NCBI GenBank assembly: GCA_964385185.1
Contig: CAYLOA010000011.1
Location: forward strand, 1-36,943
From: an uncultured Methanosarcinales archaeon
Lineage (GTDB): Archaea; Nanobdellota; Nanobdellia; Woesearchaeales; CALCXY01
Direction of reading: 5' to 3'
Length of the DNA: 36,943 nt
This document shows, in pieces, positions 9,504 through 18,226 of this stretch. Position 1 is the stretch's first letter. Each line of letters begins with the position of its first letter. Both the position numbers and the translations under genes were made by a program. The notes beneath the pieces were generated by a model that saw nothing but the letters and a program-made list of their open reading frames with translations, had not been told where the DNA came from and made no database searches.

Positions 9504-10472
9504 ATGGGAGATATCACAGATCTATTAGCAGAACAAATAAAAGGTGTAGTTAGAGTTCACTCCCCTATTGAGGATGTTATTACATCAAGAGTAGTGGTAA
9601 GAATAAAGAAATCGCCTAATGCAAATGCACATATCGAACCAGGGACATATACTATCGGAGGTTATACATTTGATCATTCTGATTCTACATCACGACCAAT
9701 CTATTCAGCTACAAAGGATGGCAAACCAGTATTTCTCAAAGGTGCATATGGATCAAATTTAGAACAACTCAGAACAGAAACGAGTACACTCACTAAAAGA
9801 TTAGGATCTCATGATCACATCTGCAGACCTTGCGATTATATAAGAAATATTGAGGATTCCCCTTTTCAAGGATATGAATTTATGGTGCTACCTCATGGAG
9901 GAGAGACTGTAGAAACAGTTGTCTCAACAGGTATAACTACAAATGATGCCCTCACAATATTGGTCCAAGCAGGAAGTGCAATAACTCATGCTCACAGTAA
10001 AGATGTTATACATCGAGATATTAAACCAACAAATATTGTAGTTGATAAAAATAGGAAATCCAAAGTGATAGATTTTGGTATAGGAGGTCATATGGAGGAC
10101 GTATTCTTAGATCAATTTAGAGGATATGGGACTGTTGTATACATTAGTCCAGAACAAGAAAACCACGATGATCCATCAAAATTATCAGATGTCTATAGTT
10201 TTTGTGCCACAGCAATCTTTGTGTTAACAGGAAATCAACCCTACGCAACAAAACCTACTTGTATCCAAGACGGTATGGTTCAATATATTACAGATAGAAG
10301 ATTTAGAAAATTTGTTCCTGCACAAATTAAGGATATGTATGGCAAATTCGGTACACATATTATCAATGGATTGAGTGAAGATCCAGGAGAAAGACCAGAA
10401 GTAAACCAGCTGTATACTTCTGCTATGACCATTAAAAGAAAACTCGCAAATAAGTTAAAAACAGCTTATTGA
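9504..10472 (+). CDS. Hanks-type Ser/Thr protein kinase, paralog 1
   Basis: VFLK, HRDIKPTN, DFG, GTVVYISPEQ, SDVYSF, DPGERP. Confidence 0.92.
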   Translation: MGDITDLLAEQIKGVVRVHSPIEDVITSRVVVRIKKSPNANAHIEPGTYTIGGYTFDHSDSTSRPIYSATKDGKPVFLKGAYGSNLEQLRTETSTLTKRLGSHDHICRPCDYIRNIEDSPFQGYEFMVLPHGGETVETVVSTGITTNDALTILVQAGSAITHAHSKDVIHRDIKPTNIVVDKNRKSKVIDFGIGGHMEDVFLDQFRGYGTVVYISPEQENHDDPSKLSDVYSFCATAIFVLTGNQPYATKPTCIQDGMVQYITDRRFRKFVPAQIKDMYGKFGTHIINGLSEDPGERPEVNQLYTSAMTIKRKLANKLKTAY

Positions 10473-10480
10473 TGATTAAT

Positions 10481-11464
10481 ATGGGAGAACTAACAGATAT
10501 AGCAAATCGAACAACTTGGGGATGTCCAGAATTAGAAGATTCAAGTAGTTCAACTATAGAATCACAATTAATTGATCCTGAGTTCAGAGATGTGAGACCG
10601 AAAGTAGTCGAACAACCTAAGGACTCGAATAGAAAAGTCTATGAATTAGGAAAATACACATTATTATTTGATAAAAGGGCATCACACAACAGACACTTTA
10701 CAGATATAGGTAAAACCGATAGGAAGGTATATGCAAAAGGATTGCCTATCGGAGTAAATCCTAAGTGTTTAGAAAGAGAATTTAAGATTATGAATGAACT
10801 TGGAGATCATCCCAATCTGTATCAACCGTTACATATTCTTCCAGAATTACCAGAGATGGGTGTATCAGCATTAATGATTATGTCCCATATGGGAGACGCC
10901 CTCAATCAATTATTTAATCCATCATATCCGCTTCCTATGCTTGATGTGGAAATCGTGGCTTCAATTGTCCAGACAGCTCAAGCACTTCAATATGTACATG
11001 AACAAGGATTCCTTCACAGAGACATTAAACCAAGCAATATATTTCTAGGCGAAGATAATTTTACAAGATTAGCTGATTTTGGTCTGTGTATGAAACCAGA
11101 CGATGTCCATTATCTGTTTACGGGGACACCTATGTATATGTCCAGACAACAAGCAAGAGGAGATGGACCTTCTACTGAACAAGATATTTGGAGTTTAGGC
11201 AATACAGCTATCCATATGCTTACTAAAGAATATCCATTCGATATGACAAAGCACCCAAAAATAGCACAAAATACATTACTACCTAATTATGAATCTCCAA
11301 ATCACAATCAAAATATATTTGCAGCTAAATTCTTCCCCTTGGGTGGGGTCTTAAACCAAGTCAACAAAAGAGATCCTAGAACATGGCCAACGCTCTCATT
11401 AATCATACAGGCTGGAAAACAGTATATGTCATTACAAGGGTATGAGCACCCTGCTATATCTTAA
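10481..11464 (+). CDS. Hanks-type Ser/Thr protein kinase, paralog 2
   Basis: HRDIKPSN, DFG, GTPMYMS, DIWSLG. Start MGELTDIA matches MGDITDLL of paralog 1. Confidence 0.92.
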   Translation: MGELTDIANRTTWGCPELEDSSSSTIESQLIDPEFRDVRPKVVEQPKDSNRKVYELGKYTLLFDKRASHNRHFTDIGKTDRKVYAKGLPIGVNPKCLEREFKIMNELGDHPNLYQPLHILPELPEMGVSALMIMSHMGDALNQLFNPSYPLPMLDVEIVASIVQTAQALQYVHEQGFLHRDIKPSNIFLGEDNFTRLADFGLCMKPDDVHYLFTGTPMYMSRQQARGDGPSTEQDIWSLGNTAIHMLTKEYPFDMTKHPKIAQNTLLPNYESPNHNQNIFAAKFFPLGGVLNQVNKRDPRTWPTLSLIIQAGKQYMSLQGYEHPAIS

Positions 11465-11511
11465 TTGATATCCAATTACTTTAAATATAACTTAAAGAAC
11501 CTAGAATCTAC

Positions 11512-11584
11512 GGGCTTTTGGTGAAATCTGGTATCACGTACCCTTGGCTTGGGTGAGTTCCGGATTCAAATTCCGGAGAGTCCA
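11512..11584 (+). tRNA. tRNA-Ala(GGC)
   Basis: Full cloverleaf; G3:U70 pair; anticodon GGC at 11546-11548; A73; TTTAAATA box about 25 nt upstream. Confidence 0.9.
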
Positions 11585-11601
11585 TAATTCTTATCATTTT
11601 A

Positions 11602-11688
11602 GGTGAGTTCCGGATTGTTCACAACTCTGCGTAGCGGAGTTTGAACTTCCAGATACGAAGTATCTGGTAACAAATCTCGGGAGGTCCA
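11602..11688 (+). repeat. Diverged duplicate of the tRNA-Ala 3' half with a 54-nt double-hairpin insertion in the T-loop
   Basis: GGTGAGTTCCGGATT [11617-11670] CAAATCTCGGGAGGTCCA, versus tRNA GGTGAGTTCCGGATTCAAATTCCGGAGAGTCCA. Confidence 0.8.
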
Positions 11689-11778
11689 TTTGTTTTCTCC
11701 ATTGTTATCTACAACACAAATACTTATATACGATTTCTAATACAAACACCTAATGATTATTCTACGGAGGGATACATT

Positions 11779-12165
11779 ATGGGTATAAGAGTAATGATAG
11801 GTGATAGTTCTGCAAGAGCACATGCTTTAGCAGCTAAGTATGCACAAAGCGACAAAGTAGATAGTCTGGTCGTAGCACCAGGGAATGATTTTATTAAATG
11901 GGCTATAGAATCTCAATATGAAAAGGAAGTAATTATAGCCAGTGCCACCCTAGATGACGCTCATAGTTTTCTTCATGTAGCTCAGCAACATAGACCAAAT
12001 TTAATTGATATTATGCAAGATGATGCATTAGCTGCTGGAACAGTCGACAAGCTCCAAGAGTATGGATTTGCAACATTTGGTGCAACAAAAGCAGCTTCAG
12101 AGATTGAACATAGCAAGGGATTTTCTAGAAAGTTGATGGAAGGACTTGGAATTCCCTCCCCCTGA
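11779..12165 (+). pseudogene. purD: Phosphoribosylamine-glycine ligase, N-terminal fragment
   Basis: ARAHALA...[31 protein letters not shown]...GIP; ends at 128 aa, whereas intact PurD is about 420 aa. Confidence 0.85.
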
Positions 12166-12395
12166 AATGTGGAGCTAGAGCCTTGCAAATAAGTTTCAAG
12201 CAATATGCAAGGGAGATACTCAATAAAGAAATGAAGTTCCATGGTCTCCGACATAGTGGGGCAACACATTATCTTAATGTGAAGAAGTGGAACTTAAGAC
12301 AGGTACAACAATTCCTAGGTCACGCTGACATTAGTACAACAACCATCTATACTCACGTGCAACCAGAAGATTTGATTAGTCAGATGTGGGAGTAA
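12159..12395 (+). pseudogene. Tyrosine recombinase/integrase, C-terminal fragment
   Basis: [10 protein letters not shown]...[11 protein letters not shown]...[16 protein letters not shown] (HxxR, H, Y); N-terminal part missing. Confidence 0.9.
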
Positions 12396-12396
12396 T

Positions 12397-12972
12397 TTAT
12401 TGAGAATTTACTCTTACTGTAGGTTCATTTCCTGAATCTGTATCAATATATTCTTGGAATTGTAACTTTAGACCCATAATTTTTTTTACCGTTTGTTGCC
12501 TTTGGTCAGTGTCCTCAATGAGTGATTGTGGAACGCTTAAATGTACCTGGGAAAGATAAACTAACAAAAATGAACTGGCAGGTGCTATGCCACCCACTCC
12601 ATACTTTGACCTACTCTCCATACCCTTGTATGTTACTATGTCATAACCTCGTGGTGCACCACCATCACGACTGCCCCGCATTAATTCTGTATGATACTCA
12701 AAATCTTTATTTGTTACCATAAAAGATTTTGGAAGAATTCTTGCCCAATAAGGACTTAAGTCCCACTTACCTGCAAAAACTTTATACTGTCTACTTCGCA
12801 ATTCACTTAGTTTCAATTCATATTTACTAATTTCTCTACGTGTATTCTCCCTCTCGGAAATGTCTTCAAGTCCAAGCTTTCTGATTCGTTCATCATTCTC
12901 GGCTGCCGCTATAGCATCGGCATCTACATTTTTTTGGTTTTGTCTTCGGACATATTCGTCTATTGAACTCAT
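12397..12972 (-). CDS. Hypothetical protein
   Basis: 191-aa ORF with a TTTTATAAA box about 23 nt upstream. Confidence 0.6.
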   Translation of the reverse strand: MSSIDEYVRRQNQKNVDADAIAAAENDERIRKLGLEDISERENTRREISKYELKLSELRSRQYKVFAGKWDLSPYWARILPKSFMVTNKDFEYHTELMRGSRDGGAPRGYDIVTYKGMESRSKYGVGGIAPASSFLLVYLSQVHLSVPQSLIEDTDQRQQTVKKIMGLKLQFQEYIDTDSGNEPTVRVNSQ

Positions 12973-13124
12973 ATAATTAGTGGGTTTATTGGCATTTATA
13001 AAACCATAGGAAAAAGGGAAAGTTTCTATAATGCTTCACTATAGCACTTATCCCTTTACTTTCCTATTTGACGTAGTATAGGAATGTTTTTATACGTAGT
13101 ACCATTGTGTATTCTTGGTGAATT

Positions 13125-13247
13125 ATGGTAAGAAAATATCGTCGTAAGACAACTAAATTTAATCCAGAGTTTGACAAGTTACTAGATAAAAATATTGAAA
13201 AATTAAGGGAGAAGGGAAGATGGCCCATTAAACAAACTGCCAGATAA
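13125..13247 (+). CDS. Small basic hypothetical protein, 40 aa
   Basis: MVRKYRRKTTKFNPEFDKLLDKNIEKLREKGRWPIKQTAR*; TATA-like TTTTTATA about 30 nt upstream. Confidence 0.45.
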   Translation: MVRKYRRKTTKFNPEFDKLLDKNIEKLREKGRWPIKQTAR

Positions 13248-13248
13248 A

Positions 13249-13371
13249 ATGATTCCCAATGATGAACAATTAATAGAAACCTATTTACATGAGGAGAATA
13301 TTGCCATTACAAGATCTCACTTACATCAAAAAGAAGGGGAAGTAGAATTAAAGAGGTTTGACCATGGATAA
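13249..13371 (+). CDS. Small acidic hypothetical protein, 40 aa
   Basis: MIPNDEQLIETYLHEENIAITRSHLHQKEGEVELKRFDHG*; starts after a 1-nt gap and overlaps the MazG start. Confidence 0.4.
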   Translation: MIPNDEQLIETYLHEENIAITRSHLHQKEGEVELKRFDHG

Positions 13372-13744
13372 AGCATTCAAAGAACTTATAGCAGCTATTG
13401 AATTAAATAGAAAGATGTGTCCTTGGCAAAAAAAGATGACACTAGAGAATCAAACAAAAGAATTTCTATTAGAATCAAAAGAAGTAGAAGAAGCAGTAAA
13501 AAAGAAAGACTACAAAAATCTTAAAGAAGAATTAGGAGATGTCTTATGGGATGTCTTAACCATAGCTCATATTGCTGAGGATAAAGGCCATTTTAAAGCA
13601 AAAGAAATATTCGAAAGTATCAATAAAAAAATAAAAAGAAGAAAACACTACATGTTTGAAGGAAAAACAGTAGACATTCCCACAGCAATTAGAATCTGGG
13701 ATGAAGTAAAAGAAAAAGAAAAGAAAGGAGAGTATGATGAGTGA
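13364..13744 (+). CDS. Single-domain MazG-like nucleotide pyrophosphohydrolase
   Basis: CPW...E..EV.EA...EELGDVL...KIKRR.H...WDEVK; GAGGT before ATG 13364. Confidence 0.9.
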   Translation: MDKAFKELIAAIELNRKMCPWQKKMTLENQTKEFLLESKEVEEAVKKKDYKNLKEELGDVLWDVLTIAHIAEDKGHFKAKEIFESINKKIKRRKHYMFEGKTVDIPTAIRIWDEVKEKEKKGEYDE

Positions 13745-14147
13745 TTGTATTTTTTGTAAGATTGTAAAAGGAGAACTCCCTCTTGCAAAACTATATGAAG
13801 ATGATGACATCTTAGCATTCTTAGACATTGGTCCAATCCATAAAGGACACGCTTTAGTTATTCCTAAAGAACATCATGAAACTATCTTAGACATCCCAGA
13901 TGATTTACTAAAAAAGCAAATAGTTATAGTAAAAAAACTCACAAAAGCAATAAAGACTGCCGTCAAAGCTGACGGAATCACAATAGGTCAATCAAACTAC
14001 AAACATGGCGGACAAGTAGTTCTCCATATCCACTTCCACATCATGCCAAGATTCAAAGATGATGGATTAAAACTCTGGCCACAAGGTAAGTATGAAGATG
14101 GTGAAATGGATACATACAAAAAGAAAATTATTGAAAAACTAGAATAA
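13734..14147 (+). CDS. HIT-family nucleotide hydrolase
   Basis: CIFCKIV, GHALVIPKEH, intact HIHFHIMPR triad. Confidence 0.95.
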   Translation: MMSDCIFCKIVKGELPLAKLYEDDDILAFLDIGPIHKGHALVIPKEHHETILDIPDDLLKKQIVIVKKLTKAIKTAVKADGITIGQSNYKHGGQVVLHIHFHIMPRFKDDGLKLWPQGKYEDGEMDTYKKKIIEKLE

Positions 14148-14157
14148 TCACTAGGTA

Positions 14158-15276
14158 CTATACTGTACGATCTGAGAAAGTAATTTCTCCAGCATATGGT
14201 CTACGAATAATTCTATCCACACTTTCTGGGATTTTATTAGTAGGTACACCCTTTGCCTTAACTCTTCCTAGAGCATACATTAATTTCTGATTTATGGATT
14301 CTGCTGTCATATCTCCTGCTGGTTGTGCTCCAGCTAAAAGTGGAGCTGATCCAACCCCATAGATTCCAGAATCTGCAGCTCCTTCAAGACAATTAGTTAC
14401 AATTAGAACAGGTTTTCCTGCTTGAACTGCTCGTTTAATATCTTCATTATATTTTTCATTAATATTTCCAGCCCCTAATCCTACAAACACGATTCCTTCT
14501 ACATCGTCATTATCCACATAACCTCTTCTGAATGCTGAGGTATTTGATCCTGATTTTGGAGCATATGATTCTACATTATTACAAAAATCTGTAAATAAAA
14601 TGGGATCTCCATCACTTCGAGTATATCTATGATCTTTAAGCATAATATCAATTCCAATTTCACCGATTGGAGCAACTCATGGAGAGTCAAATGCATTAAA
14701 TCCTTGTTCATTTACCTTAATAGCTCTATTACCTCTCACGATCTTGTCACCAAATGCTATAACAACCTCTCCAAGGTCCATAGTCGCAGTTTCAATTGCA
14801 TGAACTACATTAACATCAGCATCACTCCCAGTATTATATATCGATTTTTGAGATCCTGTAAGAACAACTGGTTTATTCAAATTTCTTAACATTAAAGGTA
14901 GAGCGGCACCGCTATCTGCCATACTATCTGTTCCATGAATAACTACAAAACCATCGTAATCATGAGCATTTTTATAAATTATTTTAGCAATATCAGCTCT
15001 TTGACTTGTTTCCATATTTGTACTGTCAATATTTGCAGTTTGTAATGCATCGAAGTGAATTAATGGAGAAGTATTGGTTCCTTTCAGAGAATATGTTCTA
15101 TTTTCATATAGTTTTACCCTATCTTTAGTAGAACTTAGGTTTTGTCCTCGTTTTAGAGAAATTCCCCTAATTAGGTGCAAATAATCTCTTTGAGAAGGGT
15201 TAAGAACACCTTTACTATTCCTCACTTGTCCTATAGTTCCACCAGTTTGTAGAACTAAAATATTCGGAATTGCCAT
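14158..15276 (-). pseudogene. Type I L-asparaginase split by one in-frame TGA at 14677-14679
   Basis: LQTGGTIG, HGTDS, PVVLTGSQ in the 5' part; GLGAGN, TNCLEG, GDMTAE...KL in the 3' part; continuous frame FDSP*VAPIGEIGIDIML. Confidence 0.85.
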
Positions 15277-15397
15277 ATAGTTATGTTGAGAATAATACTA
15301 TATAAATGTATCTATTTTTACTACTATAAAGTAACTACTAATTGAAGACATCATCAATAAAAACGTTTATATACCTTCTTCCAACCTTATTTTTTAT

Positions 15398-15554
15398 GGC
15401 GGTGTAGCTCAGCCTGGTTAGAGCGCTACGCTCATATGTTTTGAGCGATGATCCGAAAGGAGATGATTAAGCAAATCTAACGGGGTTACGTAGAGTAATT
15501 GGGGTTTCCCATTACACGTTAAAGTCAAGGGTTCAAATCCCTTCACCGCCACCA
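15398..15554 (+). tRNA. tRNA-Met(CAT), elongator type (Ile2 not excluded), with two introns: 15437-15487 at 37/38 and 15494-15521 at 43/44
   Basis: Spliced product GGCGGTG TA GCTC AGCCTGGTTA GAGC G CTACG CTCATAA CGTAG AAGTC AAGGG TTCAAAT CCCTT CACCGCC ACCA; BHB-like junctions; encoded CCA. Confidence 0.9.
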
Positions 15555-16255
15555 TTTTTTTTATATTTTGGAAGGCAATAGCCAAACTTTTTCCAATGCA
15601 AGTACTTAGCATAGTGTTTATCATTTGAGAATCCAAATATCTTTATATATTTTTCAAGATTTTTTACTCCATTTAAATTTACATTGTATAATATGTTGGG
15701 CCGCCTATTTCCTATTTTATCCATATGTATTGAGGGTTTCAGTCCAAATTTTATAAATATGCGATGTATTTGATTAATCAACGGCTCAGAAGTATTTGAA
15801 ATCTTGATTTCAGGATACTTGTATAAATTGGATCCAAATGGTTTTCTAAATCTTATACCTCCATCAGTGTCAACGATTCCCCTCACACAATTGATTAGAT
15901 ATGATGATCTACTATAAATCCATTTAGGAATAGTAATATTAATTTTCTTACCCATTGGCAATCCTATTCCATGTTTAAATAATATCAATTCCTTCTTAGT
16001 ATACTTCAATAACACACAATTATTTCGTGAACTTTCACTTGGATAAATATTATACAATTTCTTCATCAAATGTTTTACATAATCTCTGTATAGTTTATCA
16101 TCAATAAGATGGCCACTATGTGTATATACCCAATGATTCTTACCCTTTGATTTATACAGATTCATACTTCCATCACCAATATGGATTCCAGTTTCTTCAG
16201 CAAGCTCATTAGAGAATTCTGAAGGGATTGTTATTTGATTATTTTCATGTACCAT
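15533..16255 (-). CDS. Free-standing double-motif LAGLIDADG (intein/DOD-type) endonuclease-like protein
   Basis: LAEETGIHIGDGS and CVRGIVDTDGG motifs; no intein splicing ends. Confidence 0.88.
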   Translation of the reverse strand: MVHENNQITIPSEFSNELAEETGIHIGDGSMNLYKSKGKNHWVYTHSGHLIDDKLYRDYVKHLMKKLYNIYPSESSRNNCVLLKYTKKELILFKHGIGLPMGKKINITIPKWIYSRSSYLINCVRGIVDTDGGIRFRKPFGSNLYKYPEIKISNTSEPLINQIHRIFIKFGLKPSIHMDKIGNRRPNILYNVNLNGVKNLEKYIKIFGFSNDKHYAKYLHWKKFGYCLPKYKKNGGGEGI

Positions 16256-16426
16256 TTTTCATCACATCTCCCTAGAATGTACTATCTAATTGATTTTATA
16301 AACGCTATCCACACCTGTCGTGTGGTTGTGGTTAGATCTTCCAATTTTAGAGGAGAAATTCCGAATATCTAGAAAATTATTTTTTAATAGTACATTTTTT
16401 CTAAGATGAAAAATGTAAGAAAATAC

Positions 16427-16858
16427 TCACTTCAATCCCTCAAAAAACTCATCAATAATCCCTTCAGTCTCTTCAACATCCTTATATTCTTTAGAAATAA
16501 ATTTTGTATTACCTTTAACCATAGGACTAACTAGTATCCCTTTTTTATGCAGCAAAAGAATCGGAATGCCCCTGGCTTCAGCCACACCAATTTCATAACC
16601 TACTCCTAAGGAAGGTTTAGTAACCTCTGCAACCAACACTTCAGCTCTATCCAATAGTCCTTTATCTTTAAGAAAAACAGATTCATCTGTAATAGGACTA
16701 CCATCATCGTTCAAGGGAATCCAATCAGATAGTGCAACCTCACCAAAAACTTGAGGGGTAAGAATCTCACCATACTTCTTCAAATACTTAGCAATCTATT
16801 TGTAAATAGGCAAATAGTCACGACCACCTGTGATAGAACCTGCAAAATAGATCTTCAT
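16427..16858 (-). pseudogene. Nucleoside 2-deoxyribosyltransferase / DNPH1(Rcl)-like protein with an in-frame TAG at 16796-16798
   Basis: MKIYFAGSITGGRDYLPIYK*IAKYLKKYGEILT...VAEVTKPSLGVGYEIG. Confidence 0.85.
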
Positions 16859-16927
16859 AATGGAGCAAGTCCAATCAGATATATTAAACTTCCCAATATT
16901 TATATACACGAAGACTAAAAATCCTAT

Positions 16928-17248
16928 ATGCAAATACTAAAATTCACAAGACCTCTTCCTCATCTTATACTCACTGGTAAAAAAACTTCGACCTGGAGAG
17001 TTAATGATACAAGAGGTATAAAAAAAGGAGATAAAATTAGTTTCTGTTACAATAATGGAAAAGAATTCGCACAAGTAATTTCAACATCAGTCATTGAAAA
17101 ACAATTCAAAGAATTAACCAAAAAAGACCTAGAAGGACATGAAAAATACTCTTCGGAACAAAAAAAGTATGCAGTATTTTCAAAATACTACAAATACAAA
17201 GTAACTCCCGATAGTAAGGTAAAAATAATTAAGTTTAAGTTACTATAA
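16928..17248 (+). CDS. ASCH-domain protein
   Basis: LKF...ILTGKKTSTWR (GxKTxTxR), GD.I.F, D..GHE. Confidence 0.8.
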   Translation: MQILKFTRPLPHLILTGKKTSTWRVNDTRGIKKGDKISFCYNNGKEFAQVISTSVIEKQFKELTKKDLEGHEKYSSEQKKYAVFSKYYKYKVTPDSKVKIIKFKLL

Positions 17249-17291
17249 TCTACTCAAAACATATATATACTTCAAACCAATACCTTAAGTT

Positions 17292-18005
17292 ATGAAATAC
17301 TCAATCTCTGGAGATAATCTCCAAATAGCAAATATCGAATTAAAGAAAGATGAAGCAATAAATGCCGAAGCAGGAGCATTAATCTACAAGTCTGGTAATG
17401 TCACCATAGACGTTGAATCAAAAGGTGCAACAAAAGCAATAAAGAGACTCCTAACGGGAGAATCATTATTCTTAACTAAGTTCACATCTATAGAAGGTCA
17501 TGGAATTGTAGGTGTAGCTGGAAAACTTCCAGGAAAAATAAAACCCTTCGAGTTAAAAGCAAATAAATCCATAATTGCTCAAAAAGGATCCTACCTAGCA
17601 TCAGATATGGAAGTAGACATGGATCTAACAGTAACTAAAAAATTAGGCGCAGGATTATTTGGAGGAGAAGGATTTCTCTTACAAAAACTAACTGGCCCTG
17701 GAACGCTTCTACTCCACGCAGCCGGAGATTTAATTGAATACAACCTAGATAAAGGTCAAAGATTAGATATCGACACATCACATTTAGTAGCATTCGAAGA
17801 AACCGTAGACTATGACATTCGAAGAGTAGGTTCTATTAAATCAACAGTATTTGGTTCAGAAGGACTTTTCTTGGCACAAATGACTGGACCTGGAAAAGTT
17901 ATCTTACAATCAATGACTAAAGCTATCCTAAGACCCCCAACACAACATCATGGAAAACAAAGTGGCGGTATTATGGGATCGATGTTAGGAGGATTAAGAA
18001 CATGA
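17292..18005 (+). CDS. AIM24/TIGR00266-family protein
   Basis: AEAGA, LTGESLF, GLFGGEGFLLQKLTGPG, IDTSHLVAF, TGPGKVILQSM repeats. Confidence 0.9.
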   Translation: MKYSISGDNLQIANIELKKDEAINAEAGALIYKSGNVTIDVESKGATKAIKRLLTGESLFLTKFTSIEGHGIVGVAGKLPGKIKPFELKANKSIIAQKGSYLASDMEVDMDLTVTKKLGAGLFGGEGFLLQKLTGPGTLLLHAAGDLIEYNLDKGQRLDIDTSHLVAFEETVDYDIRRVGSIKSTVFGSEGLFLAQMTGPGKVILQSMTKAILRPPTQHHGKQSGGIMGSMLGGLRT

Positions 18006-18223
18006 AAACACTCTTTGGTTACCTAAAAGGTCTACCTTTATTATTAGCAATCGCATTATTATTTTTAGTAGTAGGCATTTTCCTAATATTTTTTAATATT
18101 CTCTTCGCAGCTGCTGTAGGAATTATCTTAATTCTAGTAATATTCATCGTACCTTATTACATGGGAAGAGCACATCAACCTGAAGAACCTGGAAGTTATA
18201 AATTAAAAGATATTAAAGAATAA
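18002..18223 (+). CDS. Small two-TM membrane protein
   Basis: ATGA overlap with the upstream gene; long hydrophobic stretch. Confidence 0.7.
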   Translation: MKTLFGYLKGLPLLLAIALLFLVVGIFLIFFNILFAAAVGIILILVIFIVPYYMGRAHQPEEPGSYKLKDIKE

Positions 18224-18226
18224 AAG

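Noticed and set aside
16306..16337. Weak hairpin ccacac-ctgtc-gtgtgg as a fourth element copy
   Set aside because: Lacks AGTCA and the 10+6 bp geometry; too degenerate to support
109..18005. TGA-to-Gly/Trp or TAG reassignment (alternative genetic code)
   Set aside because: TGA terminates many genes at sensible ends with start/stop overlaps (306, 3883, 18005, 22639, 24436), TAG ends gltX and hppA, and the internal stops involve all three codons
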